In this document: in pieces, positions 1-8,605 of the stretch
How positions within the stretch are numbered: the first letter of the stretch is position 1
How the letters are laid out: each line of letters begins with the position of its first letter
Origin: a virus
Lineage: Duplodnaviria; Heunggongvirae; Uroviricota; Caudoviricetes
Length of the DNA stretch: 40,816 nt
Strand: one strand, 5' to 3'
Virus record (IMG/VR): IMGVR_UViG_2563366884_000001
Location: 1 to 40,816 of that record
Made by a program: the position numbers and the translations under genes
The notes under the pieces: generated by a model
Told to the model about the DNA's origin: nothing
Seen by the model: only the letters and a program-made list of their open reading frames with translations
Database searches by the model: none

Positions 1-1284
1 CTACTTCTTCGCCTCTGCAACCACTTTGCTACCCACGCCGCGGTTATTGTATTCCCACATGCGGTTGTAGTTAGTGTCATTCAGATTGCGCTGTACTTCG
101 TCGTTATCATCAACGCTGCCGGTGTTACCCGCAAATGGACGATTAGAGATCACCGCATCAGCCCACGGTTTGGCTGTGTTAAAACCTTCGTTGATGGCGC
201 TATCACGGATCACTACCTGACCGTTGGTATTGGCATCAACATCCAGCGAGCGGCCCAGTTGCGCCACGCCATCACCGGAAGCATTGAAACGGCTGTTTAC
301 GGCGAGGAAACCGTAGTAAATGTTGGACAGCGTAGCCGGTGCAAACACATACGCTTCTTGCTGGGTACGGGAGTTCACCACGCGGAATTCGGTGTTATCG
401 AACACCACTGCGCCGCGACCAGAAACGATATCCACATCCCCTTCAATATAGCTGTTGGTCACCAGCGTACGCGGCTGACGATTCGTTTCCAGACGGTTCT
501 GCACACCGCTGTTGGTGACAAAGAAGGTGTTCTGACGACCGAGAATGTTGACGTTATTGATCTGCACTTTGTCGCCATCAGTACGCAGTGCCACCGCCGG
601 ATGGTTACCCGCATCTACGCTATCGCCCAGCGTGTTTTCGATGGTCAGGTTTTGCAGTTGCAGGCCATTGTTTTGTGACCAGAAGACCGCAGAGCAGAGA
701 ACACCGATACTGTCGCTGCGTTTACTCTGGCAGCTATCGTACATATACCACGCCGGTTTACCTGGCATATATTTGCCGCGCGGGTTGACGTCGTGACGCC
801 AGTCGGCAGGGCTCATGCCACCATCAAGGGAAAGCCCAATCTTCACATCAATCGGTTTTTCACCCGTACCGTACAGAGTAATTCCACCCGGAGCGGCAGG
901 GACATACACCGTTCCCTGATACTCACCAGGCATCACGGCAATATACTGGCGCTTGTTGGTACGCTTGATAATTGCCGCATCTACCGCCGCCTGAATCGTG
1001 GTATGCGTTACACCTTGAGTACCCGCCGGGCCGACAACAAAGTCAGGTTGCGCAGGCAGGGTAATCGGGGAAGGATTCCACGCTGCCGCACCTGGTGTCA
1101 GGGATGCAAAATAGTGTTGAGCATCGAAATTCTGCGCTTCTTTTGCCGACAGAATCGGGCGCGAAGAGGTACCAGGCGCGGTTTGATCAGAAGGACGTTG
1201 ATCGGGCGGTGTTGAGCTACAGGCGGTCAGCGTCACGCCAAAAGCCAATGCCAGCGCCAGACGGGAAACTGAAAATGTGTTCAC
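1..1284 (-). CDS. ybhC: YbhC, pectinesterase-family outer-membrane lipoprotein (host gene flanking lambda attB)
   Basis: Complete 427-aa ORF with lipoprotein signal (LTACSS); translation matches my memory of E. coli YbhC; position immediately next to the att core. Confidence 0.85.
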   Translation of the reverse strand: MNTFSVSRLALALAFGVTLTACSSTPPDQRPSDQTAPGTSSRPILSAKEAQNFDAQHYFASLTPGAAAWNPSPITLPAQPDFVVGPAGTQGVTHTTIQAAVDAAIIKRTNKRQYIAVMPGEYQGTVYVPAAPGGITLYGTGEKPIDVKIGLSLDGGMSPADWRHDVNPRGKYMPGKPAWYMYDSCQSKRSDSIGVLCSAVFWSQNNGLQLQNLTIENTLGDSVDAGNHPAVALRTDGDKVQINNVNILGRQNTFFVTNSGVQNRLETNRQPRTLVTNSYIEGDVDIVSGRGAVVFDNTEFRVVNSRTQQEAYVFAPATLSNIYYGFLAVNSRFNASGDGVAQLGRSLDVDANTNGQVVIRDSAINEGFNTAKPWADAVISNRPFAGNTGSVDDNDEVQRNLNDTNYNRMWEYNNRGVGSKVVAEAKK

Positions 1285-1330
1285 AGGTTGCTCCGGGCTA
1301 TGAAATAGAAAAATGAATCCGTTGAAGCCT

Positions 1331-1345
1331 GCTTTTTTATACTAA
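1331..1345. repeat. attL: attL core GCTTTTTTATACTAA, followed by lambda P' arm with Int arm-type sites (1346..~1420)
   Basis: Exact lambda att core; downstream sequence GTTGGCATTATAAAAAAGCATTGCTTATCAATTTGTTGCAACGAACAGGTCACTATCAGTCAAAATAAAATCATTATTTGATTTC matches the lambda P' arm as I recall it. Confidence 0.9.
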
Positions 1346-1418
1346 GTTGGCATTATAAAAAAGCATTGCTTATCAATTTGTTGCAACGAACAGGTCACTA
1401 TCAGTCAAAATAAAATCA

Positions 1419-2489
1419 TTATTTGATTTCAATTTTGTCCCACTCCCTGCCTCTGTCATCACGATATTGTGATGCCATGGTGTCCGACTTATGCCCGAGA
1501 AGATGTTGAGCAAACTTATCGCTTATCTGCTTCTCATAGAGTCTTGCAGACAAACTGCGCAACTCGTGAAAGGTAGGCGGATCCCCTTCGAAGGAAAGAC
1601 CTGATGCTTTTCGTGCGCGCATAAAATACCTTGATACTGTGCCGGATGAAAGCGGTTCACGACGAGTAGATGCAATTATGGTTTCTCCACCAAGAATCTC
1701 TTTGCATTTATCAAGTGTTTCCTTCATTGATATCCCGAGAGTATCAACATGCAATGTTGTAGGGATGGCAATTTTTACACCTGTTTTGCTTTGCTCGACA
1801 TAAAGATATCCATCTACGATATCAGACCACTTCATTTCGCATAAATCACCAACTCGCTGCCCGGTAACAACAGCCAGTTCCATTGCAAGTCTGAGCCAAC
1901 ATGGTGATGATTCTGCTGCTTGATAAATTTTCAGGTATTCGTCAGCCGTAAGTCTTGATCTCCTTACCTCTGATTTTGCTGCGCGAGTGGCAGCGACCGG
2001 GTTTGTTGTTATATGGCCTTCAGCTATTGCCTCTCGGAATGCATCACTCAGTGTTGATCTGATTAACTTGGCTGACGCCGCCTTGCCCTCGTCTATGTAT
2101 CCATTGAGCATTGCCGCAATTTCTTTTGTGGTGATGTCTTCAAGTGGAGCATCAGGCAGACCCCTCCTTATTGCTTTAATTTTGCTCATGTAATTTATGA
2201 GAGTCTTCTGCTTGATTCCTCTGCTGGCGAGGATTTTTTCGTAGCGATCAAGCCATGAATGTAACGTAACAGAATTATCACTGTTGATTCTCGCTGTCAG
2301 AGGCTTGTGTTTGTGTCCTGAAAATAACTCAATGTTGGCCTGTATTGCTTCAGTGATTGCTATCCTCCTGTCTCGGCCTAATCCAAACTCTTTACCCGTC
2401 CTTGGGTCCCTGTAGCAGTAATATCCATTGTTTCTTATATAAAGGTTAGGGGGTAAATCCCGGCGCTCATGACTTCGCCTTCTTCCCAT
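1419..2489 (-). CDS. int: Integrase, lambda Int-type tyrosine recombinase (356 aa)
   Basis: Translation begins MGRRRSHERRDLPPNLYIRNNGYYCYRDPRTGKEFGLGRD, the lambda Int N-terminus; same length as lambda Int; adjacent to attL. Confidence 0.95.
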   Translation of the reverse strand: MGRRRSHERRDLPPNLYIRNNGYYCYRDPRTGKEFGLGRDRRIAITEAIQANIELFSGHKHKPLTARINSDNSVTLHSWLDRYEKILASRGIKQKTLINYMSKIKAIRRGLPDAPLEDITTKEIAAMLNGYIDEGKAASAKLIRSTLSDAFREAIAEGHITTNPVAATRAAKSEVRRSRLTADEYLKIYQAAESSPCWLRLAMELAVVTGQRVGDLCEMKWSDIVDGYLYVEQSKTGVKIAIPTTLHVDTLGISMKETLDKCKEILGGETIIASTRREPLSSGTVSRYFMRARKASGLSFEGDPPTFHELRSLSARLYEKQISDKFAQHLLGHKSDTMASQYRDDRGREWDKIEIK

Positions 2490-2685
2490 TTCTGATCCTC
2501 TTCAAAAGGCTACCTGTTACTGGTCGATTTAAGTCAACCTTTACCGCTGATTCGTGGAACAGATACTCTCTTCCATCCTTAACCGGAGGAGGGAATATCC
2601 TGCACTCGCGTACCCATCGACGAACTGTTTCAAGGCTTCTTGGGCGTCGCTGGCGTGCGTTCCACTCCTGAAGTGTCAAGTACAT
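2467..2685 (-). CDS. xis: Excisionase, lambda Xis-type (72 aa)
   Basis: MYLTLQEWNARQRRPRSLETVRRWVRECRIFPPPVKDGREYLF... matches lambda Xis; 3' end overlaps int start as in lambda. Confidence 0.9.
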   Translation of the reverse strand: MYLTLQEWNARQRRPRSLETVRRWVRECRIFPPPVKDGREYLFHESAVKVDLNRPVTGSLLKRIRNGKKAKS

Positions 2686-2800
2686 CGCAAAGTCTCCGCA
2701 ATTACACGCAAGAAAAGCCGCATTGATGCGGCAATGGTAGGTCTGGATATCTTGAGAAATGAACAGGCCTCATTGGGTTTGAGGCTGTGTGATTCCATGG

Positions 2801-3145
2801 TTAGTCCTTGCGTAGCTCGCTGATTCTTCTGTAAGTCTCTGGTGCTTTGTTTCCGTGTATCTTCATTTCAGACTTCAACAGAGCAACGAGGGAATCCCAT
2901 TCGTTGAGGATTCCTTTGAATGCTGGAACGCGCTTTGCAACCTTGTTGAATGAATCTCTGATTTCTGGAATCTGCTCAACAAGTGCAACGCATCGTCTGA
3001 AATCGGCTGCGTCATGGGGAGCGCCGAAGTGATGACCATAGATATTCTTTTTCAGTCCACATGCGATTGAGGCAAGAGTTGCGCTACTGATGCCAACATC
3101 GCCAGTCGATTGCCATTTCAAAACCTTCATAGCCAAATCTGACAT
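2801..3145 (-). CDS. Hypothetical protein (ea-region accessory gene)
   Basis: 114-aa ORF with GGAGA Shine-Dalgarno 6 nt upstream; no family recognised. Confidence 0.5.
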   Translation of the reverse strand: MSDLAMKVLKWQSTGDVGISSATLASIACGLKKNIYGHHFGAPHDAADFRRCVALVEQIPEIRDSFNKVAKRVPAFKGILNEWDSLVALLKSEMKIHGNKAPETYRRISELRKD

Positions 3146-3157
3146 TTCTTGTCTCCA

Positions 3158-3181
3158 ATAAAAAAACCGCCATCAGGCGGC
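3158..3181 (-). terminator. Putative rho-independent terminator (minus strand)
   Basis: Hairpin CCGCC-ATCA-GGCGG followed on the minus strand by a 6-7 T run. Confidence 0.45.
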
Positions 3182-3246
3182 TTGGTGTTCTTTCAGTTCT
3201 TCAATTCGAATATTGGTTACATTGTTTTCATATATGAATAAATAAA

Positions 3247-3426
3247 TTAGCTTTTTTCGTTGCCTTCGCGTTCTTTATTAATTTTAACAAACTCGTTTTT
3301 ACCACGCTCTCCAAATGCGTCTTTAGAGTCGTTGTATCCGCAATCGCAGCACACATAATCACCAGACCATCCACGCATTGTTTTTTCTTTTGCAATATTT
3401 CCAGAACCGCATTTTGGACAAGACAT
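3247..3426 (-). CDS. Small zinc-ribbon protein (CPKCG ... CCDCG), 59 aa
   Basis: Two CxxC pairs; GGAGGT SD 7 nt upstream of the second Met, so start set at 3426 rather than 3459. Confidence 0.5.
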   Translation of the reverse strand: MSCPKCGSGNIAKEKTMRGWSGDYVCCDCGYNDSKDAFGERGKNEFVKINKEREGNEKS

Positions 3427-3522
3427 ATCACTACCTCCAAAGCATGAGTGAGATGACAACGTAACATTGATTGGAGATTAACAATAGATTGCTGATGTAA
3501 AAGATATGTATAAGCTTCGCTT

Positions 3523-4380
3523 TCAAAGTGGAGGTTCTGGTAGAGGCATCCAGTGTGACGGTTTCCACGACGCACCAGGAATTATCCAACCATCATTAGC
3601 GTCAGGATGCTCCGGGATGTAAGTCGCCCATTTCATTCGCCAGTCACCTTTCCTGTCAAACTCCTTGGCAACAAGAACGGCTGTTTTGGTATCCGGCATT
3701 CGCTCACTACAGCTTATCCACCCCCCCCCCGGAGTTACCGGAGAGTTGCCTGCCAGTCTACGCAAAACAGCCTTAACAGCCTCAATACGGTCATCATCGT
3801 AACTTTCCGCCGTATCTATGCGGTCGAGCATGATGATTGCGTTATCAATATCAGGATTGCCGGTCCACTCATTACCGCGATTGGATTCGGCAGCCTGGTT
3901 GCCGCGTACTGGTTGATTGTCGGCTTTACCCAGTCTGTCGTCGCTGCATGAATGCCCTTCCAGCCAGGCCAATGCTTGTCGCATGAAATACGCAATATGT
4001 TTGCCGTGGTAATCGTCTTCATCGATGTGAAAAGCGATACTACGAATGTATTCAATTGCGTTTTCAATGGCCTCTAACGCTATCGGCGCTGGCGGAGTGG
4101 TGTATAGTTTTCGACATTTGTATATCCAACCGGCATGGTCAGGCGTGTCTGTAAAACGCAAATCGTCTTCGTAGCACTCACGACTACGTTCTTTCCATTC
4201 CGTCCACGGAACACCGCTATTCCAGGTGGGGCGAGTGCAGGACTGATACAGAACAGGCTCTGCTTCCAGCGATGCCAGTGCGATTTCATAAGCACGGCGC
4301 TCAATATCGTCTCGCACGTCCAGGCTGCCGATTCGCTCTTTGATTTCTTTAATCAGTTCTTTGTCGGTAAAAGTGCTCAT
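3523..4380 (-). CDS. Phage protein with C-terminal DUF551-like domain (285 aa); contains a G10 tract
   Basis: AAGGAGAG SD before Met at 4380; C-terminus GGGWISCSERMPDTKTAVLVAKEFDRKGDW resembles DUF551; 10-nt homopolymer at 3721..3730 encodes the GGG. Confidence 0.55.
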   Translation of the reverse strand: MSTFTDKELIKEIKERIGSLDVRDDIERRAYEIALASLEAEPVLYQSCTRPTWNSGVPWTEWKERSRECYEDDLRFTDTPDHAGWIYKCRKLYTTPPAPIALEAIENAIEYIRSIAFHIDEDDYHGKHIAYFMRQALAWLEGHSCSDDRLGKADNQPVRGNQAAESNRGNEWTGNPDIDNAIIMLDRIDTAESYDDDRIEAVKAVLRRLAGNSPVTPGGGWISCSERMPDTKTAVLVAKEFDRKGDWRMKWATYIPEHPDANDGWIIPGASWKPSHWMPLPEPPL

Positions 4381-4381
4381 C

Positions 4382-4807
4382 TCACTCTCCTTTGATGCGA
4401 ATGCCAGCGGCGCGTGGCACATTAACTTCCACGATGCGCACAGTTGGTTTGTACATCTCAATCGCTGTCAGCCAGTCAGCGCCAGTCATGCGCTTTTCTG
4501 CATCGCCATTAGTCCACTTAACCGGTACACCAATAGCCTTCATCGCGATTTCTATTTCCCCGGCAATGGCGCTTTTTCCGCAACCAGTAAAACCAGAAAC
4601 AACGACAAGAACTTCGCCTTTGGCTGGTTTTATTTCCCGTGCTTCCAGTTCTGCAATACGCTTTTTGTCTGCTTCCCGTTCATCCAGTAGTGCCAGCACA
4701 ATCGATGGTGTTACCAGCTCATGGAAAAGGTCCGCGTCAAATCCCCAGTCGTCATGCATTGCCTGATCTGCCGCTTCACGCAGTGCCTGGTAATTAATTT
4801 CGCTCAC
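4382..4807 (-). CDS. Ea22-like protein (141 aa) with Walker-A-like motif GFTGCGKS
   Basis: N-terminus MSEINYQALREAADQAMHDDWGFDADLFHEL and C-terminus ...GIRIKGE resemble lambda Ea22 as I recall it; GTG start with GGAGG SD. Confidence 0.5.
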   Translation of the reverse strand: MSEINYQALREAADQAMHDDWGFDADLFHELVTPSIVLALLDEREADKKRIAELEAREIKPAKGEVLVVVSGFTGCGKSAIAGEIEIAMKAIGVPVKWTNGDAEKRMTGADWLTAIEMYKPTVRIVEVNVPRAAGIRIKGE

Positions 4808-5048
4808 TGGTTGCCTCCTGTTTTTCTGCCTTCAACACCATGCGAGAACCATCATCCAGCTCCCACGCGATCTCACCACCTTCAGCCATGACCAGTCGCC
4901 ACACCAATTGAGCAGCCTCATTGGTAACATCACGACCTGGATCATTGCCAACGCGCATACGTCCACCTTCAACATCGCGCATTTTTGCCAGCATGATAGT
5001 TTTTGATAGCGGTGAAAAACCAAGCTGTAGTCGTGCTGAATTACTCAC
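4794..5048 (-). CDS. Hypothetical protein (84 aa)
   Basis: ORF with GTG start preceded by AGGAGGCAACC; stop overlaps the next gene start. Confidence 0.4.
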   Translation of the reverse strand: MSNSARLQLGFSPLSKTIMLAKMRDVEGGRMRVGNDPGRDVTNEAAQLVWRLVMAEGGEIAWELDDGSRMVLKAEKQEATSERN

Positions 5049-5563
5049 TGGTTGCCTCCTTTGCGAAGCTGGGCGGCGAACTCGTTAAGTGATATGTAGC
5101 AATCTCCAAATGTTAACGAACCGCTCGACTGCATATGCTCCATAGCCATCTCCACGCCCTGCGCCCGTACTTCAGCCAGGAAAGAGTCGGTGGCTGGGGT
5201 TTCGATATCGTTAATTTCAGGAAGAATCTCTTCCCATGTGGCGATATCGCCATTCAAATGCCATCCGGCAATTCCACTGGAGTTATCCGCAACACTCCGA
5301 ACGGCTTCAATAGCTTCATGCATTGCCGCATTCTCCGCCGCCAGCGCCGAAAACTTCTCGTGTGCCAACTTAACAGCTGCATCAGCCTGCTTAATTGACT
5401 CAATCGCTTTCTGGTGGTCTTCGGACAGAGCCGAAATCTTGGCCTCCGCTTCAGCAAATTTACGCACCAGATATTCAGCGTTTGTTTCGTTAACCTTTAA
5501 ATCTCGTGGGATGCATTTACCTTTCAGAAAACCATCCATCTCAATTAGTGACATTTGTTTCAT
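5045..5563 (-). CDS. Hypothetical protein (~172 aa; alternative GTG start at 5581)
   Basis: ORF track 5045..5581; the ATG at 5563 overlaps the stop of an upstream small ORF (ATGA), suggesting translational coupling. Confidence 0.45.
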   Translation of the reverse strand: MKQMSLIEMDGFLKGKCIPRDLKVNETNAEYLVRKFAEAEAKISALSEDHQKAIESIKQADAAVKLAHEKFSALAAENAAMHEAIEAVRSVADNSSGIAGWHLNGDIATWEEILPEINDIETPATDSFLAEVRAQGVEMAMEHMQSSGSLTFGDCYISLNEFAAQLRKGGNQ

Positions 5564-5724
5564 TTCTTCCCACTCCGCCACATCGCATTCAGATATTTGT
5601 TTTGATTCACTGATGGAAACGAGTTTTGCTTAAGTAATTCCTCTCTCGATGGCATTGGCTTTACGCGTTGGCGAATAATCATTTCTGCCGGAAGAATGCC
5701 GGGATTGTATGCAAGTCCTCTCAT
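5560..5724 (-). CDS. Possible small protein (54 aa), translationally coupled on both sides
   Basis: ATG at 5724 overlaps the stop of the 93-aa gene (ATGA) and its own stop overlaps the next ATG; below the ORF-track size cut-off. Confidence 0.3.
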   Translation of the reverse strand: MRGLAYNPGILPAEMIIRQRVKPMPSREELLKQNSFPSVNQNKYLNAMWRSGKK

Positions 5725-6002
5725 GATTTACTCTCAACGAACTGGTCAATAGCCATGCTAAGTGACACACCTAAAGTCTCGATATGCTGCTGAATATCCT
5801 GTAGCGTCTGCGCCTGAGATAACAGGATTTCACGGTTGCATAACTCTTTAACCAGATGCTCAAACTTGCTGTAATAACCGATACGACTTAGTGTTTCTTT
5901 CCCTGCATTCTCGCCTTCTTTGATAATTCCTCTTTCGCTAAGAATCAGATCGTGTTTGGTTCCGGTGATAACGTATTTGCCGAGGTCGATGTTTAGCTTC
6001 AT
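5721..6002 (-). CDS. Hypothetical protein (93 aa)
   Basis: ORF in the leftward early operon; no family recognised. Confidence 0.45.
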   Translation of the reverse strand: MKLNIDLGKYVITGTKHDLILSERGIIKEGENAGKETLSRIGYYSKFEHLVKELCNREILLSQAQTLQDIQQHIETLGVSLSMAIDQFVESKS

Positions 6003-6018
6003 TGTTAATTATTCCATG

Positions 6019-6333
6019 TTAATTTATTCGTATGCCTGCTCTTTCTTCATCGAGTTTTTTTAGCTTGTATCGCATAGCCCTTACTGAATAAATTGAGCGG
6101 CAGGTTGCAATTGCTATTTCTTCTGCGGAGAACTTACCGAAAAGTGATACTTCTGCTCTTGTCCAGCGTCTTCCACGAAGTCGGCTAACAATGTCAGCGC
6201 CAATCCTTGTTGCTTTCGCCATAACTGCTTTTTCAGTCCTTTCCAGTTTTTCAGCAATAACTTCAACTGGCATTGTCGCCGATACTTCGCGCAAGAAATC
6301 GACTTCCCATTTCTCCCATGGAGTCTTTTTCAT
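6019..6333 (-). CDS. Hypothetical protein (104 aa), basic, possibly nucleic-acid binding
   Basis: ORF in the leftward early operon; Arg/Lys-rich. Confidence 0.45.
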   Translation of the reverse strand: MKKTPWEKWEVDFLREVSATMPVEVIAEKLERTEKAVMAKATRIGADIVSRLRGRRWTRAEVSLFGKFSAEEIAIATCRSIYSVRAMRYKLKKLDEERAGIRIN

Positions 6334-6344
6334 AGGCGATACCG

Positions 6345-6827
6345 TTATTTGATAAGAAGTGAAGGTTTCCCAACCTTGAGTTGAGCACCGGGAATATTTA
6401 TTCCTGCTTTTAGTTGGTGCTTGATTGCCAGTTTGTCGGCTTTAATTGTCGTTTCAAACTCAACGTATTCAGGAGGAAGGGCGCTTGAGTCGATTATTTC
6501 TACAATTTCTGACGGTTTGCGGATTGTTACCTGGTGAATACCTGCTCGAATATTTTTCTTGCCAACCATTTCAAGCGATGACGCTATATATGATTTGATG
6601 CTGTCAATCTTATTTTGAATTACTGCGGCTCGCTCATTCAGTGACTTTGCCTCTTCCTTGAGGCGTTCGGCATAACCAGATTCATTTTTAATGACGGAAA
6701 GAAGTTGTTCTATTTTATCGGTAAATTCTCCTTCCATGCCTTCTATTGTGTCAGCAATCATCTCTGGTTCTAAATCTGAATCCATCAATTTTGCGTATTC
6801 ATTGGCAATTTCATATAGTTTGCTCAC
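6345..6827 (-). CDS. Siphovirus Gp157-like protein (recombination-module associated)
   Basis: Translation resembles the Gp157 family; lies directly downstream of recT; start taken at GTG 6827 with GGAGG SD rather than TTG 6833. Confidence 0.55.
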   Translation of the reverse strand: MSKLYEIANEYAKLMDSDLEPEMIADTIEGMEGEFTDKIEQLLSVIKNESGYAERLKEEAKSLNERAAVIQNKIDSIKSYIASSLEMVGKKNIRAGIHQVTIRKPSEIVEIIDSSALPPEYVEFETTIKADKLAIKHQLKAGINIPGAQLKVGKPSLLIK

Positions 6828-7722
6828 TGGCAACCTCCAGTTTCGCTTTGCATTCTATGTAAATGGCTTGTACGTTCTGCTGCAATTTCATTCCAGATGT
6901 CAGGCGATATGCTTCTGCAAAATATCTCTTCAAATCATCCATGTTTTCAGCCTGAGCCATTTCATCACAAAGAAGTTGTGCTTTTTCCGTTATTTCCTGC
7001 TGGCGTTTCCGTTCATCTTCGCGGATATCTTCCTCTGATTTATGCGGCATAACTGGTTCAGTCCACACACCTTCTTCTTCGTTTAGTACGTGAATAGCAC
7101 TATCAAGACGTGATGCCTTAGGCCAATACTTGCTTGCACGCTTTACGACCGTCTTTCGCGCCATCTCATTCCAGTGATTTACCCATGGTCCTTTATCGCT
7201 GAATGCTGCCTTGCTTGTTTTCCTTACAGCCTCAATTTCAGCCAGACTCATCTCTTCCGTTAGATAATCACCTGCTGGCGTCTTAACTGTGCAGTAAACG
7301 CCAACGATATCACCACGATCACCGAAGGCGTTGTATTTATGGGTTGGTGCTTTATCAAGCCCGTTTGACTCATAGGTATCGTTAGCATGAACAAGTTTTG
7401 CCTGACCCCATGAGATAACACCAGACTCCATTGCAATATGGAGCAATCCCATATAGCTGATATCAAGGCAAACCATGCCATCGCGCGGAACCAGATAAGC
7501 CAGTTTGCTTGCAGGGTTTAAGGTGATGCCGATCGCCGCAACATTGATGATGGCGTTCTGTGCGCTGGTTGGATTTGCCAGTGCTGTTTTAGCCAGGTAA
7601 TCATTTTTCTGGAAATACTGAATTGCAAACTGGCTTTCCTTAGCCCATGTCACCGTCTGTTCAGTCAATGCTCCGCAGAATAACTGCTCCTGCTGTTTAA
7701 CGAATTCAACGATATTGCTCAT
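6811..7722 (-). CDS. recT: RecT-family single-strand annealing recombinase (303 aa)
   Basis: RecT-like motifs including KTVVKRASKYWPK; GGAGAAG SD; position in the early-left recombination module. Confidence 0.8.
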   Translation of the reverse strand: MSNIVEFVKQQEQLFCGALTEQTVTWAKESQFAIQYFQKNDYLAKTALANPTSAQNAIINVAAIGITLNPASKLAYLVPRDGMVCLDISYMGLLHIAMESGVISWGQAKLVHANDTYESNGLDKAPTHKYNAFGDRGDIVGVYCTVKTPAGDYLTEEMSLAEIEAVRKTSKAAFSDKGPWVNHWNEMARKTVVKRASKYWPKASRLDSAIHVLNEEEGVWTEPVMPHKSEEDIREDERKRQQEITEKAQLLCDEMAQAENMDDLKRYFAEAYRLTSGMKLQQNVQAIYIECKAKLEVASEQTI

Positions 7723-8030
7723 GCTGCTTCTCCATAAATGTGTCTGCGTTTGAATATTGCGAAGGCATATTCAGCCTTAACTCTTTCGGTTATTGCATCC
7801 CAGAACCATTCAGCGGCTTTTTCCTGATAGTTACAATCATCATCTTCCAGCCAGTCGATAGCGTCCTTAGTGTGTTCATCTGGTTTATATGAGCGAAGCA
7901 TTTCGCTTATTGGGTCGCAACGTTTGCAGAGGCGAACAACTTCACTGTTGATTCGCTCGTAATCTTCATCAGTAAAACTTGCGATTATTTGCGATATTTC
8001 ACGCTTATCATTCAGAGTCAGAATCATCAT
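7719..8030 (-). CDS. Hypothetical protein (103 aa) upstream of recT
   Basis: ORF with AGGAGA SD; stop overlaps recT start (ATGA). Confidence 0.45.
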   Translation of the reverse strand: MMILTLNDKREISQIIASFTDEDYERINSEVVRLCKRCDPISEMLRSYKPDEHTKDAIDWLEDDDCNYQEKAAEWFWDAITERVKAEYAFAIFKRRHIYGEAA

Positions 8031-8111
8031 CTTTCTCCTGTTCTTTGTGCTGATTGAGCATTTTGTTCATCTGACGAATGAATTCTTCGTCTGACCAGTT
8101 ATCTGTAAAAC

Positions 8112-8264
8112 TCATTTCCTGCGATACCACGGAAGGTTGATAGCTGATTTCATCGCTTTATTTGCTTCAAGCCACATTTTTGAATCACCAATAAATCTGG
8201 CTATTACTGCTTTGTTCTGTGCAGCACGAAGCATCTGGTGATTAATGGCTATTTCATTGCGCAT
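8112..8264 (-). CDS. kil: Putative Kil-like small protein (50 aa)
   Basis: Lies immediately downstream of cIII as in lambda; segment IARFIGDSKMW resembles my recollection of lambda Kil; below the ORF-track size cut-off. Confidence 0.35.
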   Translation of the reverse strand: MRNEIAINHQMLRAAQNKAVIARFIGDSKMWLEANKAMKSAINLPWYRRK

Positions 8265-8374
8265 AATAAGACCTCAACTCTTTTCCATCCGTCACGTAAT
8301 TTACTGGTGATTCGTTCAAGTAAAGATTCGGAAGGGCAGCCAGCAACAGGCCACCCTGCAATGGCATATTGCAT
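8249..8374 (-). CDS. cIII: CIII-like protein (FtsH inhibitor / CII stabiliser), 41 aa with divergent C-terminus
   Basis: MQYAIAGWPVAGCPSESLLERITSKLRDGWKR matches lambda CIII residues 1-32; AAGGAG SD upstream of this Met inside the longer annotated ORF. Confidence 0.8.
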   Translation of the reverse strand: MQYAIAGWPVAGCPSESLLERITSKLRDGWKRVEVLLCAMK

Positions 8375-8433
8375 GGTGTGCTCCTTATTTATACATAACG
8401 AAAAACGCCTCGAGTGAAGCGTTATTGGTATGC

Positions 8434-8461
8434 ATATAAAAAGGCCCTCACACTGGAGGGC
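8434..8461 (-). terminator. Putative rho-independent terminator (tL-like) between the 207-aa gene and cIII
   Basis: Hairpin GCCCTC-N6-GAGGGC followed on the minus strand by CTTTTTAT. Confidence 0.45.
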
Positions 8462-8577
8462 AAAGAAGATTTCCAATAATCAGAACAAGTCGGCTCCTGT
8501 TTAGTTACGAGCGACATTGCTCCGTGTATTCACTCGTTGGAATGAATACACAGTGCAGTGTTTATTCTGTTGTTAGT

Positions 8578-8605
8578 GCCAAAAATAAAGGCCGACTATG
8601 CGGCC
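8578..8605 (-). terminator. Putative rho-independent terminator overlapping the stop of the 207-aa gene
   Basis: Hairpin GGCCG-N6-CGGCC followed on the minus strand by TTTATTTTT. Confidence 0.5.

Noticed and set aside
259-1316. Plus-strand ORFs (259..678, 545..796, 588..788, 793..1215, 1095..1316) inside ybhC
   Set aside because: They are antisense shadow ORFs within a well-supported host gene and have no SD or recognisable domains.
8008-8115. 35-aa acidic ORF (MSFTDNWSDEEFIRQMNKMLNQHKEQEKDDDSDSE) ATGA-coupled to the kil-like ORF
   Set aside because: It overlaps the start of the better-supported 103-aa gene in another frame and is too short to support on sequence alone; not listed as a feature.
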